Below are positions 1 to 13,601 of a stretch of 64,000 nt of DNA, in pieces. The position numbers were made by a program, and so were the translations under genes. The stretch's first letter is position 1. The number at the start of each line of letters is the position of its first letter. Location: positions 177,010,001 through 177,074,000 of the forward strand of contig OZ024740.1 in NCBI GenBank assembly GCA_964016885.1, written 5' to 3'. The stretch comes from Eledone cirrhosa (taxonomy: Eukaryota). The notes under the pieces were generated by a model. That model did not search any database. It was not told the origin of the DNA and saw only the letters and a list, made by a program, of their open reading frames with translations.

Positions 1-331
1 GACATAGAATATTCGAAAATATTCTGTATGTTTATAATAAACATTTTGAAGACCTAATCGCTATAGAATAGAATACGTCACGTATTACAATTAGATTCTC
101 GATAAAAGCAAGGGAAGTAATCTACGCGTTTCATTCTTGTTAGAATTCATCAGGACTACATATCCAGTGCTTTTATCGAGAATGACACAGCTAGAGACTT
201 ATAGAATACTTAGCTGTGTACAGGAACTGGTTTGAAAGAGCGGTTGCCGGTCCGGCAGAAATTAGAAATTGGAATAAATGCTCTGAAATAGCGATATATA
301 TGTGAATATAGACATAGAATATTCGAAAATA
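1..331 (-). mobile_element. Retrozyme-like ~310-bp HHR-containing monomer (subfamily A), running off the left edge of the window
   Basis: GACATAGAATATTCGAAAATA occurs at 1-21 and 311-331 (period 310). It contains an intact HHR at 117-159, is homologous over its length to the 319-bp monomer at 21349-21960, and is bounded by (TA)n at about 329-347. Confidence 0.75.
117..159 (-). ncRNA. Type I hammerhead ribozyme, intact core
   Basis: Minus strand reads GTAGTC-CTGATGA-ATTC TAACAA GAAT-GAAA-CGCG-TA-GATTAC: 6-bp stem I, canonical CUGAUGA/GAAA, palindromic ACGCGT stem III, GUA cleavage triplet. A 16-bp perfect inverted repeat (95-110 / 168-183) extends stem I. Confidence 0.85.
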
Positions 332-596
332 TATATATATATATATAACGCTGTTGAAACTGTATCCACACATATTAACCATCATAAAAACCTCACCGTA
401 ATAGCCAAAACGCTTTCCAACGCCGTAGATTTCTTCGGATTCACTAGAACATATTGAAGTCATAGCAAGTTAAAACATAATGAAATTTGTTATATGAAAC
501 CAAATGAAATAAACTACCTCGAAAAATCTCCATCACTTCCTCCTATACCACAGCAGTGAAGTTGTAATATTTTTAATACCTCATCAGCACTATTTG

Positions 597-757
597 ATTT
601 GGCAGTATTGGTAGAGGGTTGGACACCATGCTTTCTAGCATAGTTACGCCCCTTTACGGTCTGAGTTCAAATCCCGTCGCGGTTAACTTTGCCTTTCATC
701 CTTACGGGGTCGATAAAATAAAGTACCAGTAATGCCTTGTGCCAAAAGTTGAAACAA
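597..757 (+). mobile_element. tRNA-derived SINE (abundant family)
   Basis: A-box-like TGGCAGTATTGG, B-box GAGTTCAAATCC, central GCCTTTCATCCTTACGGGGTCGATAAAATAAAGTACCAG domain (Deu/Nin-like, from memory), 3' end GCCTTGTGCCAAAAGTTGAAACAA. Roughly ten copies occur in the window. Confidence 0.85.
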
Positions 758-776
758 CTATTTTATTAACTCGTAT

Positions 777-850
777 TGCTCTGCTGCGCAATCGATTAGC
801 GCCTTCGGCTGTCAACCGAAAGGTTGGTGGTTCGAGCCCACCCACGTACG
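777..850 (+). pseudogene. tRNA-Asn-derived pseudogene with anticodon GTC
   Basis: GCGCAATCGATTAGCGCCTTCGGCT-GTC-AACCGAAAGGTTGGTGGTTCGAGCCCACCC matches metazoan tRNA-Asn(GTT) in the D, anticodon and T arms. The anticodon at 811-813 is GTC, the acceptor stem (TGCTCTG/CACGTAC) is mostly unpaired, and TTTT follows downstream. Confidence 0.8.
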
Positions 851-1378
851 AGTTCAAATTTTATATTTTCAAAGTAGAAACAATTAATTTAAGTATTTGA
901 AAATTGTATATTCATTCAAAATATATCAAGACCATTCCTATGTAGTTATTCTAATATAACCTTGTGTTAATCACTGTCTTATATGTAGTATACTCAAACT
1001 GCAGAACTCGTCGTATATGTATTAAAGAATTTGCTAACTGATGAAGTGTACAGTAATGTTATATCTGTATATATACAGGGTGGGTAACTAAGAATGTAAT
1101 GTATATACATATAGACAAATATATCTAATATCAAGTATGCAAACTTGCCAGAAAGTACGAATTTCCCTGTAAATATATATAAGCATATATATATAAATAA
1201 ATATATATATATATGTGTGTGTGTGTGATTGTGATTCTGTGTGTGTTTGTGTGCGTATATGGAAGTTGTATATATATAGAGATTATAAGACGTTTGGTTA
1301 AGAAGGGCACAGATGTTTAAACATTTGGAGTGATAAAGGCAAGAGATCATTTAAAGGGAAACAGATGTAAGCATTCAA

Positions 1379-1473
<95 letters not shown>

Positions 1474-2065
1474 GAGAGAGAGAGATATATAATTGATAAA
1501 ACATATGTATATTTATTCTAGGAAATTTGTTTCTATTCATAAGTGTGTGTGATAATTTTAGTGTGAGATATGCGTTAGTGAGTTATTGTCAGGGTGCCAA
1601 TGTGGGGTACGTAGTGGTTGAGTAGAAGGCATACAGATGTCGGCATAGATAACGCTGTGTGGTCACTTAGACGCAGAGAGGGGCAGGCCTAGCAGCAAAT
1701 ATTGAGATAAATGAAAAGATATTGTTCAGTGATAAAGACTCTCCGTATAACTAGACAGCAATATACAAAGACCCATTTCAACTCGCATATCTAAGGAGAT
1801 GTCAAGGAAGAGTCGGGTTCCGGTCATTATGATAGTAACCTGAGTTGATCGATATGGAAACGATTGCAATATGCCAATAACGTTTATGCTGCAGCGGTAA
1901 CTTCGATCCTACTTAATTTTATTTATACTCTGCACAGTGAAGTCACTTTAACTCTGGAACACAACCGATCATGAGACAGGTGTTGTAACAGGATCGAGTA
2001 CTTGTACGGTGAACCGCCTGTAACTGTAGTTATACACTTACATAACACACACACACATACGTCTG

Positions 2066-2130
<65 letters not shown>

Positions 2131-2135
<5 letters not shown>

Positions 2136-3192
2136 ATAAAAGTATGTGTTCCTACATGTAATTAATACACACAGGGATACAAGTGTAGTCCGACCATATG
2201 CCAGTGTGGTTCAATGGCAAGTTAATAAATTAACAAGCCAGAACATATAAAATCAAGGGAATGTAAATATAGAAAAAAATGTTAAAATAAATTTTAAAAA
2301 TTCACTGTATTTACTATATGTACCCTTACCGCGGTTTCAAATCCCAAACGAATAGATAATCCAGGCGGATTTCCATTGAGAAAGAGATTATCATCAGAAG
2401 GCATTTCTCTCTCGGAGAATATCAAATTCTCGAGTTAAACATTCCAAACTGGCGCCACTCCAAACTGCCTCAGAATGAGAGCAAATGAATGATAAAGCAG
2501 TTTTGTCATGATACCGTGTGCAAAGGCGAAATCACGGTGGACAAGTCAATCCTGTATTGCTAAAAATAGCAGCCATGAAACCGCGGTAAGGGCACATATA
2601 GTAAGTACAGTGAATTTTTAAAAATTTATTAAAAAATTTGTTTCTATATTTACATTCACTTGATTTTATATGTTCTGGCTTGTTAATTTATTAACTTGCC
2701 ATTGAACCACACTGGCAAATGGTCGTACTACACTTGTATCCCTGTGTCTATTAATTACATGTAGGAACACATACTTTTATTATTATTCTCCCCAATGGTA
2801 GAGAAACATTTAGTCGTCTGAATGGCTGCTATTTTTAGCAGTACAGGATTGACTTGTCCACCGTGCTTCTGCCCTTGCACACGGTACCATGACAACACTG
2901 CTTTATTTATTTTTTATATTTTTATATTTGCTTTATTTATTTATTTATTATATTTGGTCTCATTCTGAGGCAGTTTGGAGTGGCGCCAGTTTGGAATTTT
3001 TAACTCGAGAGTTTTATATTCTCCGAGAGAGAAATGCCTTCTGATAATAATCTATTTCTCAATGGAAATCCGCCTGGATTATCTATTCGTTTGGGATTTG
3101 AAACTGCGGTAAGGGCACATAACATATAGTAAGTAGAGTGAATTTTTAAAATTCTATTTAAACATTTTTTGCTATATTTACATTCCCTTGAT

Positions 3193-3193
<1 letters not shown>
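2131..3193. mobile_element. Non-coding PLE-type element: inverted copy (2131-2576) followed by ~1.2 direct copies (period ~523 bp), with HHR
   Basis: 2131-2338 is the reverse complement of 2577-2783, and about 2252-2576 is the reverse complement of 2822-3193. Flanked by (CT)n/(TA)n and (TA)n. Confidence 0.8.
2323..2401 (-). ncRNA. Type I hammerhead ribozyme with long stem II
   Basis: CCTT-CTGATGA-(~50-nt stem II TAATCTC...GGGATTT)-GAAA-CCGCGG-TA-AGGG, with palindromic stem III ACCGCGGT. A second, degenerate copy lies on + at 3035-3117 (CTGATAA, ACTGCGGT). Confidence 0.7.
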
Positions 3194-3655
<462 letters not shown>

Positions 3656-4830
3656 CGAGAAGATGGTGTAATCAGTTTTCAGTTTTATGTTTCCTGCTTG
3701 GCTCGCATCTATAAATTAAAGATCGCGCAATGTCATTTTTTCACTGGCCAATATTCCCGTGATCATATAATTTTCCTCGTGCAACTAGGCGGGACTATAT
3801 ATACAGTTGCTTTCTATATTCTATTTTCTGACATTTGAATAAATCCAGCCAACAGCCATCACTGTTCAGTTTTCCTCGTATAGGAATTTTCAATGAGCTA
3901 AATGACTGCGCATCGAGAATAGTAAATATTTACGAGAGTAGAAATCCAGAAATATAAATTAGATCGTACAATCCTTTGTTTCTCTTAATATGTATATATT
4001 CATCACTTCCCCAGGAAAATAACTAAAAAAAAAAAAAGAGAAAAGAAAACAAATTAATTAGTAATCACTTATTCATTACAATTACCTATTTTCGTCCCAT
4101 TTAGAATCTTTTTTCCTAACGTATCTCTTATGAATATATTGATTTCCAAATATTCCGCTCCAAGTCTGCGCCGATAAAGTACCATAGACAGGAATGAAAG
4201 GTATCTGCAGATGAGCAGTTTAATCTATATAACCTATTAAATTTAATATATTCGTTTATTAAGCATTTGATGTATCTGCGTTGATTGTTTTTTACCTGCA
4301 GCGATTGCTATAAAGACGACATCACTCTCTCATTCTCATCTTCCTGAATATGTATACACACATACACACGTGTGTGTGTATGTATGTGATTTATCCGCAT
4401 ATATATTCAGTGGGGTGAGAAGAAACACATTTCTTAATAGCAGTGGCATTAGAAAAGCAATAGCTAGCGTGGTTTCTTCGAATATTTTAAGAAAAGAAAT
4501 TAATAAATTCCCTTAGCTTACAAGATTAAACTTATCAATCTGCAAATACTAGTTATTTTGGTGTTCAGCTCCCGATCAAAAGTTCTAAAGGACGATTCCT
4601 GATGGCACATTTTGTACTTGAGTAGGACACTATTTTTAAAGTTGTCCCAGAAAGGCCTATTTTGTGACACACTGTGTAACGCTGAATGTAGCTGAGAACT
4701 ATATAAAATATGCAAGTGTTTGTAGAATGCTCTGCCATTTGCACGTTAATTTAACGATTAGGCTGGTCTATTGGTCGAACAACTGGAATACTCATCGACA
4801 GAACCGATGGAGGCCCGACACACAAAACAC

Positions 4831-4897
<67 letters not shown>

Positions 4898-5440
4898 TCA
4901 TTAGTTAAGCAAAACAAGACCACACATTTCACAAGGAAGACATTATTAAAAGATTGTCAACATATTTTAGTTTGATGTAAGGAATGTAGAGAATAATAAT
5001 AATAATATTAATAATAATAATGTCCGTTTACAATTGTTTCGCTACTCCATATAATATTTCTGAATCAGATGACTATATATTGGCTTCTAACTAATTCACC
5101 AATCTCTCCTCTCCTATCTCCTCTCCTATATCCATCTCTCTCTTTAAGATTGGTTACTCTTGAACTGTATATATATATATATATATATATATAGTAGAAT
5201 AATCGAGTATCGAAAAATCGGCGCACGAGTTCACGATAAACAAAATTAGACATGAGTGGCAGAGGGCTCAATAATTCAGATAAATCAGAGCTATAACTAT
5301 CGTTAAAATACCAACACACATAGATCATGTCTAAAATCAACCATACGACCGAAAAATTACGATCCGGAAGATTCGGGTCACTCAGATAAAATATCAATAA
5401 ATCAATAAATCATTATATATGTATATATATATATATATAT

Positions 5441-5750
5441 GCAAAAGTTCTATTTAAATTGTTGGGATACAACAGCAAATATTTTTATAACTGATATAAA
5501 GCACTCAACATATATTTGGAGTAAACATACGATATTAACAAATGGAAACTATATTTATAAAAACTATCCTGGAGCTCCCAACAGTAATGGTTGCATTTTT
5601 TAAGGGTATGTCAATATTTATTTATAAAACTGATCTATATTGTATTTTGTCTGATGAAAGCATACCATAATTTAACGTGGTGTCCTTGAAATATGTATAA
5701 TAAAATAAATATGGTTTTATAAATATAGTTTCCATTTGTTAATATCGTAT
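5441..5750. mobile_element. PLE 3'-end fragment with inverted terminal duplication and degenerate HHR
   Basis: ATACGATATTAACAAATGGAAACTATATTTATAAAA (about 5527-5562) is inverted at about 5714-5750. CTGATGA...GAAATATGTA at 5651-5697, (TA)n flanks. The tail resembles about 20490-20585. Confidence 0.6.
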
Positions 5751-5762
5751 ATATATATATAT

Positions 5763-6545
5763 TCTAGGGCGGGTAAAATTCCCGAGATCCATGGACGAGT
5801 TCTCTCCAGCGGTCTCTGTCCCTCATTATCGCTGTCATGTCCTGCGTCTCCAACAGACCAGTGTCTGTCCTTAGGGCATCAACATACGTTAACATTGGTC
5901 TTCCTCTTCCAGTGTGGCCATGTAGGGACTCCCACAGGAGCACTGAGTGCAATGTCAACTCTGGATGTCGGTGAGCATGTCCAGCCAACCTCAGTCTCCC
6001 CTGTGTCACTGTTGAGCTGACTTTTGGGAGGCTCCCATACAGCTCTGAGTTTTTCATCCTCAGTGTATATTGATTAATGTTCAGAGCCATCCTCAGCATT
6101 CTCGTGTAGCACCCATCCCCCATCTGAGTGAGTTTCTTGGTCAGTGTCCAAGTCTCAGACCTGTACAGCAGCACAGACTCCACTACATCAATGAAGAGGC
6201 GGATTTTCAGGTCTTTACGAAGGTCCGACTTCCACACCGATCTCAAGCTGTGGCACGCCGCCCAGGCCTTGCTCTTCCTCTCAACCACATCATCTTCCGC
6301 ATTCCCAATCTTTGCTCCCAAATACAGGAATTCCTCAACCAATTCTAGCGGCTTCCCGCCTACATTAGTGATCCCCTCTGGCTTCTCAACATTCTCTACC
6401 AGACATTTTGTTTTAGTCTCATTCATTCTCAGCCCCACACTCATCGACACAATCTCCACCTCCTACATCAAATCCTCTGTCTCCTTCACTGTACTTGTCA
6501 CCAAAACTATGTCGTCGGCAAATTCAGCATCCGATATCTTTTTCG

Positions 6546-6548
<3 letters not shown>
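5763..6548 (-). mobile_element. 5'-truncated RTE-clade LINE (RT C-terminus and thumb)
   Basis: Translation gives EFADDIVLV, GLRMNETKTK, EFLYLG, VLLYRSETWTLTK, YTRMLRMALNI, RLRLAGHAHRH and GRGRP..TYVD, with one in-frame stop. Inserted in (TA)n. Confidence 0.85.
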
Positions 6549-6606
<58 letters not shown>

Positions 6607-7350
6607 TTGTGTGTGTGTGTATGTTTCTGTGTGGTGTTGGCATAGGAGTATTTGGCTGGTCTCGTATTTCAGAAAGGATTACCTATCGATGGTGTGTCGG
6701 ATCTGTCATAGATTGACGTTATAGCTGCTGCAATCATGTTCTAAAATATTTACATTCTTAGTATCCACCCCTGCTGCATAAGGAATGTATGTTGTTGTTA
6801 TTCAAAAGTTCTAGTTGATGTCTATCATTAATGCGGAATGTCTTCCACTTCACTAACCACTTTAAGTTATGTGGTTTTCTAACACAAACTTTTTTTTTTC
6901 AAAATCCTTCATTTTGTTTCTTGTGTTAATTTTTCTACATTTTCACGTTTCTTAACTTTTAATACCACATATAATCAGACAAGACTGTATATCTTGAACA
7001 TTTCTTCATAATTAAAGCAGCAAACATAATTAAAGCATCAAACAATCAAACAAGGATAAAAAAAAGAATTCCGTAAAGAAAATGGAAGCATTAAAGTTAT
7101 TAGGGTGGTTGATAGGTAGATACATTACAGTAAAACCCTTTCGGATATTTAAGTAATGACACTTTCTGATTTCAAATTACACCAAGATCAACAAATCCGT
7201 TTACCTTTCCGATCGATGTAATCCAGTTAAAATCCCCACCTCATACACAATTTTAAAATTGCTGGCCTTCCGTGTAAATTAGAAAATATTTATAGAGCGG
7301 TAGAAAACATTATTAGAGCAATATTCCTTGCAATATTTAGTATTTGTTAG

Positions 7351-7567
7351 GGCGGTGGATTGTCAGTATCGGTAGAGAGTCAGACATCATGCTTTACAGC
7401 ATAGAGTTACGGCCCTTTACGGTCTGGGTTGAAATCCCACCGACGTTAACGTTGCTTTTCATCCTTACGGGGTCGATAAAATAAAGCACCAGTAACGTAC
7501 TGTGGTCGATTTAATCGACTTTTCCCGCCCCCAAAATTACTGGCCTTGTGCCTATACTAGAAATCAA
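7351..7567 (+). mobile_element. tRNA-derived SINE
   Basis: Same family as 597-757 (GGCGGTGGATTG head, TTTCATCCTTACGGGGTCGATAAAATAAAG core, GGCCTTGTGCCT tail). Confidence 0.8.
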
Positions 7568-7582
7568 TATTTAGTATTTGTA

Positions 7583-7760
7583 TGGATTGGCAGTATCGAT
7601 GGAGCATTGGACGATCTGAGTTCAAATCCTGCCGAGGTTAGCTTTGCCTTTCATATTTACGGGTTCGTTAATATAAAGTACAGTAATGAATTGGGGTGGA
7701 TTTAGTCGACTTTCCCCTCCCCTCAAAATTGTTGGCCTTGTGCCTAAATCTGAAACTAAT
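7583..7760 (+). mobile_element. tRNA-derived SINE, internally deleted, in tandem with the previous copy
   Basis: GGATTGGCAGTATCG head, GAGTTCAAATCC B box, GCCTTTCAT core, GGCCTTGTGCCTAAA tail. Confidence 0.75.
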
Positions 7761-8204
7761 ATTTAGTATTGATAGTTTTCGTTCAGAGATCACACCCGGC
7801 CAAGACACCAAACGTCGGTCATCCTTTCGGGGTCAATAAAATAAAGAAACAGTCATGTATTCAGGTTGTTATCTAATACCGATCAAACAAATAAGATATA
7901 TTGTTTCTATGCTATAAATCAATTATATCATTTTACTATTGCTTTTGTTTTATTTTATTTCATTTTTTTTTATTTAGGAGGTTGCGAATAGGTAGAGAAC
8001 GTGAAGATACATTCTGAAAAGATGTGATGAGAGAAAAGGGTCTCTGATAACATATCGAATGTCCACATAAACATTGATATGGTTGTATATGGCAATAAAT
8101 ACATAGAAAAATACTTACCTCACAAATGTGTGAATACACATATATAACATTAACACACACAAAAATACATGTATATGTATTTATACATTCACATACATAT
8201 ACAA

Positions 8205-8292
<88 letters not shown>

Positions 8293-8433
8293 CATAGAAA
8301 AGGTAAGAATGGAGAATAGAGGCAAGGAAGCCGGGTGGTGTGATGTCTATTATCTGATAGTTTCAAAAGATATGTGTGTGTATATGTATGTAGGTATGCA
8401 TGTGTGTGTATAAAAAAACACACACACATGTAT

Positions 8434-8471
<38 letters not shown>

Positions 8472-8579
8472 CGTCCGTTTCAGTTATTGTAGGATTGGGT
8501 GATTTGAATTTAATTATAGAGTGTATAGTTGTCTAAAATGTCTATAATGATAATGACTGTGATAATTGAGACATGCCTA

Positions 8580-8675
<96 letters not shown>

Positions 8676-11065
8676 ATATACGTATATATAAATGCATGGT
8701 GCATGTAAGTTTGTATGTGCGTATCTGTCTATCAATTTATATATCTGAGTCAATTAGTGATTCGCTCATTCACCTTGTCATACACTCACGTCAGTGTTAA
8801 CCCAATCTCTCACTCAACCACTCATTTGTACAGACGCACAACTATTCACTCGCCATGTACTCACTATTCAACTAAAAACTCCTTCCCTCACCTCAATCAT
8901 TTACTCATCCATTCACAATCACGAGACCTTCAACTATTCTTTCGAGATTAATTCCTCTATATAGTTCTATAATGCTGCAATTATAATGAAGAGTTTACTG
9001 TAACATTACTCCAAACCACAATTTCAAAGCTTGGCTTCAGGAATGTCTTTTTTCTTATCATTTATTTCCACGTAAAGCACATAAAAATATTGCTTGGTCA
9101 GTGGAGGAGGAGCTGCCCTCATGACTATTTAGCATAGCCTCCGAGACTGATGCGGTAAAGGGAGGAAGAAACCACCATTCAACTAAGAAGTGGTGTATCA
9201 AAATATCTAATCAGAATTTCTACAAAAGAGTGGACGATCCTAAAATCACACAGGAGCAAGATCGGATATCACAGTCCATTCTGCTGAGCTATCACAATTT
9301 TCCGTTAACTCATTTTAACAGAAAGGGAATTGCCTAAATTTTCGCGCAATAGGTGTACAGATTTACTATGTATATATATATCAATCAGTCCATAGAACAA
9401 TATCCAATATTATGCAGCGAAATATGTTTGGGGTCACAATAAACGACCACCTAATAGATTCGTCTACACTCATACATTAAATCTAATCCACCCAGACTTA
9501 TAACCTTCGTACATCCTGACATTTGATTACCATTTACTACAACTATCAGGGGGTACTGATGAGGATAAAACTCTTACTTCGTCGTATCTGTGCATTCAAA
9601 CAGCATTACTTTCATGGCATCAAATATAGGAAATCACGGTAACCTGTCTAAAACTGGATGTCTATGGTTAACTAAGCTAGTGATGTGTCGAAAGTGAGAG
9701 AGTATACAACAATCCAAATCTTTTATGCCATGAGGAAGACGAACATTCTAACCTTACAGGTGAATAAATCAAGATAGAAGGGGAATTAATATTTATGATT
9801 AATTAATTGTAACTTTGCAGTTGGTATGGTAAATCGATGCTGTTCAGCATTTATCGCCAGATCCATGTTACAGTGAATAAGGCGCTAAAAGTTTTATAGC
9901 ATTATGTCAGCTTTTTAAAGAATTGTTATTCAAAAGCGATTAAATAGAATATCAAAATGGTATTAAACACAGAAATGAATGAAAGCATTGCACTTTTACT
10001 GAAAGTAATCCTAATGCACTGGTGCGATGCATTGTAAAGATTTCGTTTTCTAAATATCCTGACAATTTCCGACGTGCTTGAAACAATGCAGCAGTCCAGC
10101 GGACAATACATGACAAGAATACGCTGTGGCACAGTAGTTTTGTTCTTTTTATATTTGTCAGCAATTCCACAGAGAGTGGAGGTGGTGATTGGATTGTTGA
10201 ACCGGAGATGTGAACATTCAATTTGTGGCACCTTGAGAGTAGCCGATTCCGAGAGTAGCAGAACAGAAGTATTAGCTAAAACAAGAATACGATCACCACG
10301 CTCACCCCCACCACAACCACCACCACCAATAACAACAACAACACCATACCTCCACCACGCCTATCATCAACAACAACAACACCAACAATACCAATAAGGA
10401 CAACAAATGACTGAAGACGAAAATACGTAGCAAGGACTGATACAACTCTATATAAAATCGATCTTGTTTTTATTGTTGAGGTTATACCCGAAGTATGACA
10501 TTAGTGAAAAGAGACATAAATCGGCCAAAAGGTCCTAGACATAACTACCACCCACTTTCTACTGTATTGCCTATATTGGAGTAGGTTATTTAATGTCTTC
10601 CATTTTCAATATTGAGTGTGTAATTAGAAGGAATTATCTCTACTATTTCTCGCATGTCGAGTAACCTCGTAGAGACTGTCATTTGGTTTGTATATGTTAT
10701 GATTTGTTGTACAGGAGGTGAGGAGTTATTGAGATTAAAGATCAATGATTTAAAAAAGAAAAGAGTTTAACTCCAACCCTAACCCTCATTTTATCCTTAA
10801 ACCCTCACCCTAAACACCCCCTCCCTCCCTCCACTTAAAATATGTTGGTGCCGATGATTTTTATTTTTTTGTTTGTCGTTTTTTTTGGTACTGTTCAAGA
10901 GTAAACAATAAAGCTTAGGGAGAAAATGTGACAGTGACCTTAATAAGAGACTTGTGTGATGCCGTGGGGCGAGATTTGGGTTATCTATGTCGTAAGGTGG
11001 TAGATTTGGACGAGAAGATTAAAGTGTCAGAAAATTAGAGATTTAAAGAGACAGAAAAAGGGGAG

Positions 11066-11100
11066 TAGAGAGAGAGAGAGAGAGAGAGACTGAGAGAGAC

Positions 11101-11162
<62 letters not shown>

Positions 11163-11204
11163 AGAGAGACTGTGTGAGAGAGAGAGAGAGAGACTGAGAG
11201 AGAC

Positions 11205-11258
<54 letters not shown>

Positions 11259-11302
11259 AGAGAGACTGAGAGAGACTGTGAGAGAGAGAGAGAGAGAGAG
11301 AG
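11066..11302. repeat. Compound (GA)n microsatellite with recurring GACTGAGAGAGACTGTG motif
   Basis: Read directly from the sequence. Confidence 0.9.
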
Positions 11303-12247
11303 ATTATTAAAGCAGAGAATAACTTTAAGAAAGAGAAAATGTCAACTGCAGGAAGAAAAGATAGATAGAGTGAGAGGTAGGAAATATTGAGTGAGAGAGT
11401 TTGATTTAGATAACCTAAGTGAAACACTATAGATTGAAAGTAGGAAGGAGTGAATGAATGAGATCAAGAGAGAAAAGGAAAGAGAGATAGTGCGTGTGCT
11501 AAAGGCATATATATATATATATAATTATTAAGGTCACCTAATACAACGGTGCCATATCAGGTACGTACGTTTCGTTAGCCATGAGCACCAAGCACCAACT
11601 TGTTCAACCTCTGCCGATGAAAATGAACCGAATATATATATATATAGAGAGAGAGAGAAATTACATGAATCAAAGTTCTGTTTAAATCATTTATTTGCTT
11701 ACAATTGAACCGAATATATATATACATATATATATATTCGGTTCAAGGTATAGTTATTGCTGCACAACCACAGACTTTTACATGCAGACATACTCTTATG
11801 TTAAATGAACTATTGCATAAATATGAATAGTCACATAAATGTATATATTAACACATACATGTTAATATAAATTCACACAATCGAGAAACATACTCGTTAA
11901 AAACCTTGTATGAAAATGATATACGGAAAGATATTTGCTCCTGTTCTTTTATCACGCGTAACCAAAGTACTTCTACAATATCAAAATATCAATAGGATTT
12001 ATATAGAGAGATGAGAAAGGTAGGGAGAGAGGGTGAGAGTGTTTTACAAGAGAGGAAATGGCAGAAAAACACACACTCACACACACACACACGCGCGCGC
12101 ACACACACAAACAAACACACACACACACACATATGAGAAATCGGTTACGTATACGCGATCTTTGTTGATATCTAATCAAGAATTTTTCTCAAAAGTATTT
12201 TTGCGTTCCTTCCTCGTCTTACTGTCTAAATTTTAATCCTCATTCTA

Positions 12248-12740
12248 TCTTTTGATGAAGAATTAGTGTCCGAAACTTTAAGACTATTTACCTACTATGT
12301 TGAGTGTTAAACTAATATATTTCTTCATTGTACTGTGCCATTTGCCTTTTCCATATATATTTATATGCATACATACATATATATATATATATAACAGTTT
12401 TCCAAGAGATGTCAACATGAAAGGAGTTGTTCTTTTTATCTAAAGACATTTTTTTCCAATTCCACTCCGCCCGTCCCTTCAATCTATCTTATTTCTCATT
12501 CTTTCTTCTGATGAAGGACTAGCGTCCGAAACTGGTATTTCAAGCGTTTATCTAATATATTCCTTCCATATACTGTACCGATTGTGTTGTTATTTCTGTT
12601 TACCTTTTACATACATACTTTCCTTCCCTTCTCCCTCCCTCACTTTTAATGTCTTTCCACCACTCCCCCTCACACCGTCAGAACTCTTTTTCTTCCCACT
12701 TTTCTCCCGATGAAGGGCTTATGCCCGAAATGTCCCCTCT
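12248..12740 (+). other. Three degenerate PLE 3' ends with minimal HHR motifs
   Basis: TTGATGAAGAATTAGTGTCCGAAAC (about 12252), CTGATGAAGGACTAGCGTCCGAAAC (12508) and CCGATGAAGGGCTTATGCCCGAAAT (about 12707). Each is followed by a similar TACTGTRC/TTGTACTGC tail; stems I and III are eroded. Confidence 0.6.
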
Positions 12741-12843
12741 CCCCCCACTCTCAAGCATGAACCTAATACTAACACTTTGTACTGCACTCTTCGTTATTGT
12801 TTTTGTTTTCTGTTTTAACTATATATATATATATATATATATA

Positions 12844-12975
12844 ACGAAGGAAATGTGGTAAGGAACCAGGTGGACCATAACGCACCAAAGTACTCAATAC
12901 TTAGGGTAGTAGAGTGGGTAATAGGAACAAGTAAGACCTCGACGGCTGAGCTCAAGCCGTTTCGACGGCTAATTC

Positions 12976-12977
<2 letters not shown>
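12844..12977 (-). mobile_element. Half-HHR mini-element (3274 family)
   Basis: Reverse complement of about 3338-3472, within (TA)n. Confidence 0.8.
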
Positions 12978-13022
<45 letters not shown>

Positions 13023-13449
13023 TTTTCTATATATATATATATATATATATATACAAAAATACATTTCTTGTTGTTGTTTAAACCCGGTCATTTCTGGTTG
13101 AGTAAACATGTAATCATCAAACATTTCACCCATTACCACACCTTATCTATTATTCTTTCTTTAAGCCAGGATTATGTCATCTTAATGTCCTTTACGTATT
13201 TTAAGGTGAAATTTGGAAGATATTTGGCTGCTATTTCCAGTAAATTAAATGACCCAGTAGGAGATTCCTTATTAACATGTTGTTATTTTTGTTATTGTTG
13301 CTACGAATGTTTTATTTTCTATATCTATTTAATTATTTATTTGTTGTCTAATTTGTTTTGTGTATATAATTCTTGTCTGGGTCACATCTCTTCATAGTTG
13401 CGGAACAAAGGTAAGAAATCGTAAAGTGATTATATGTGTATGTGTGTGT

Positions 13450-13500
<51 letters not shown>

Positions 13501-13569
13501 ATTATGTATATATATATATGTGTGTGTGTGTGTATATATATGTAAATATATATGTATGTATTAGGTGGA

Positions 13570-13601
<32 letters not shown>

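Noticed and set aside
9550-9590. CTGATGAGGATAAAACTC as a hammerhead
   Set aside because: No GAAA or stem III follows and stem I does not close.
10776-10815. CCCTAA-like telomeric repeats
   Set aside because: Only two or three scattered imperfect units.
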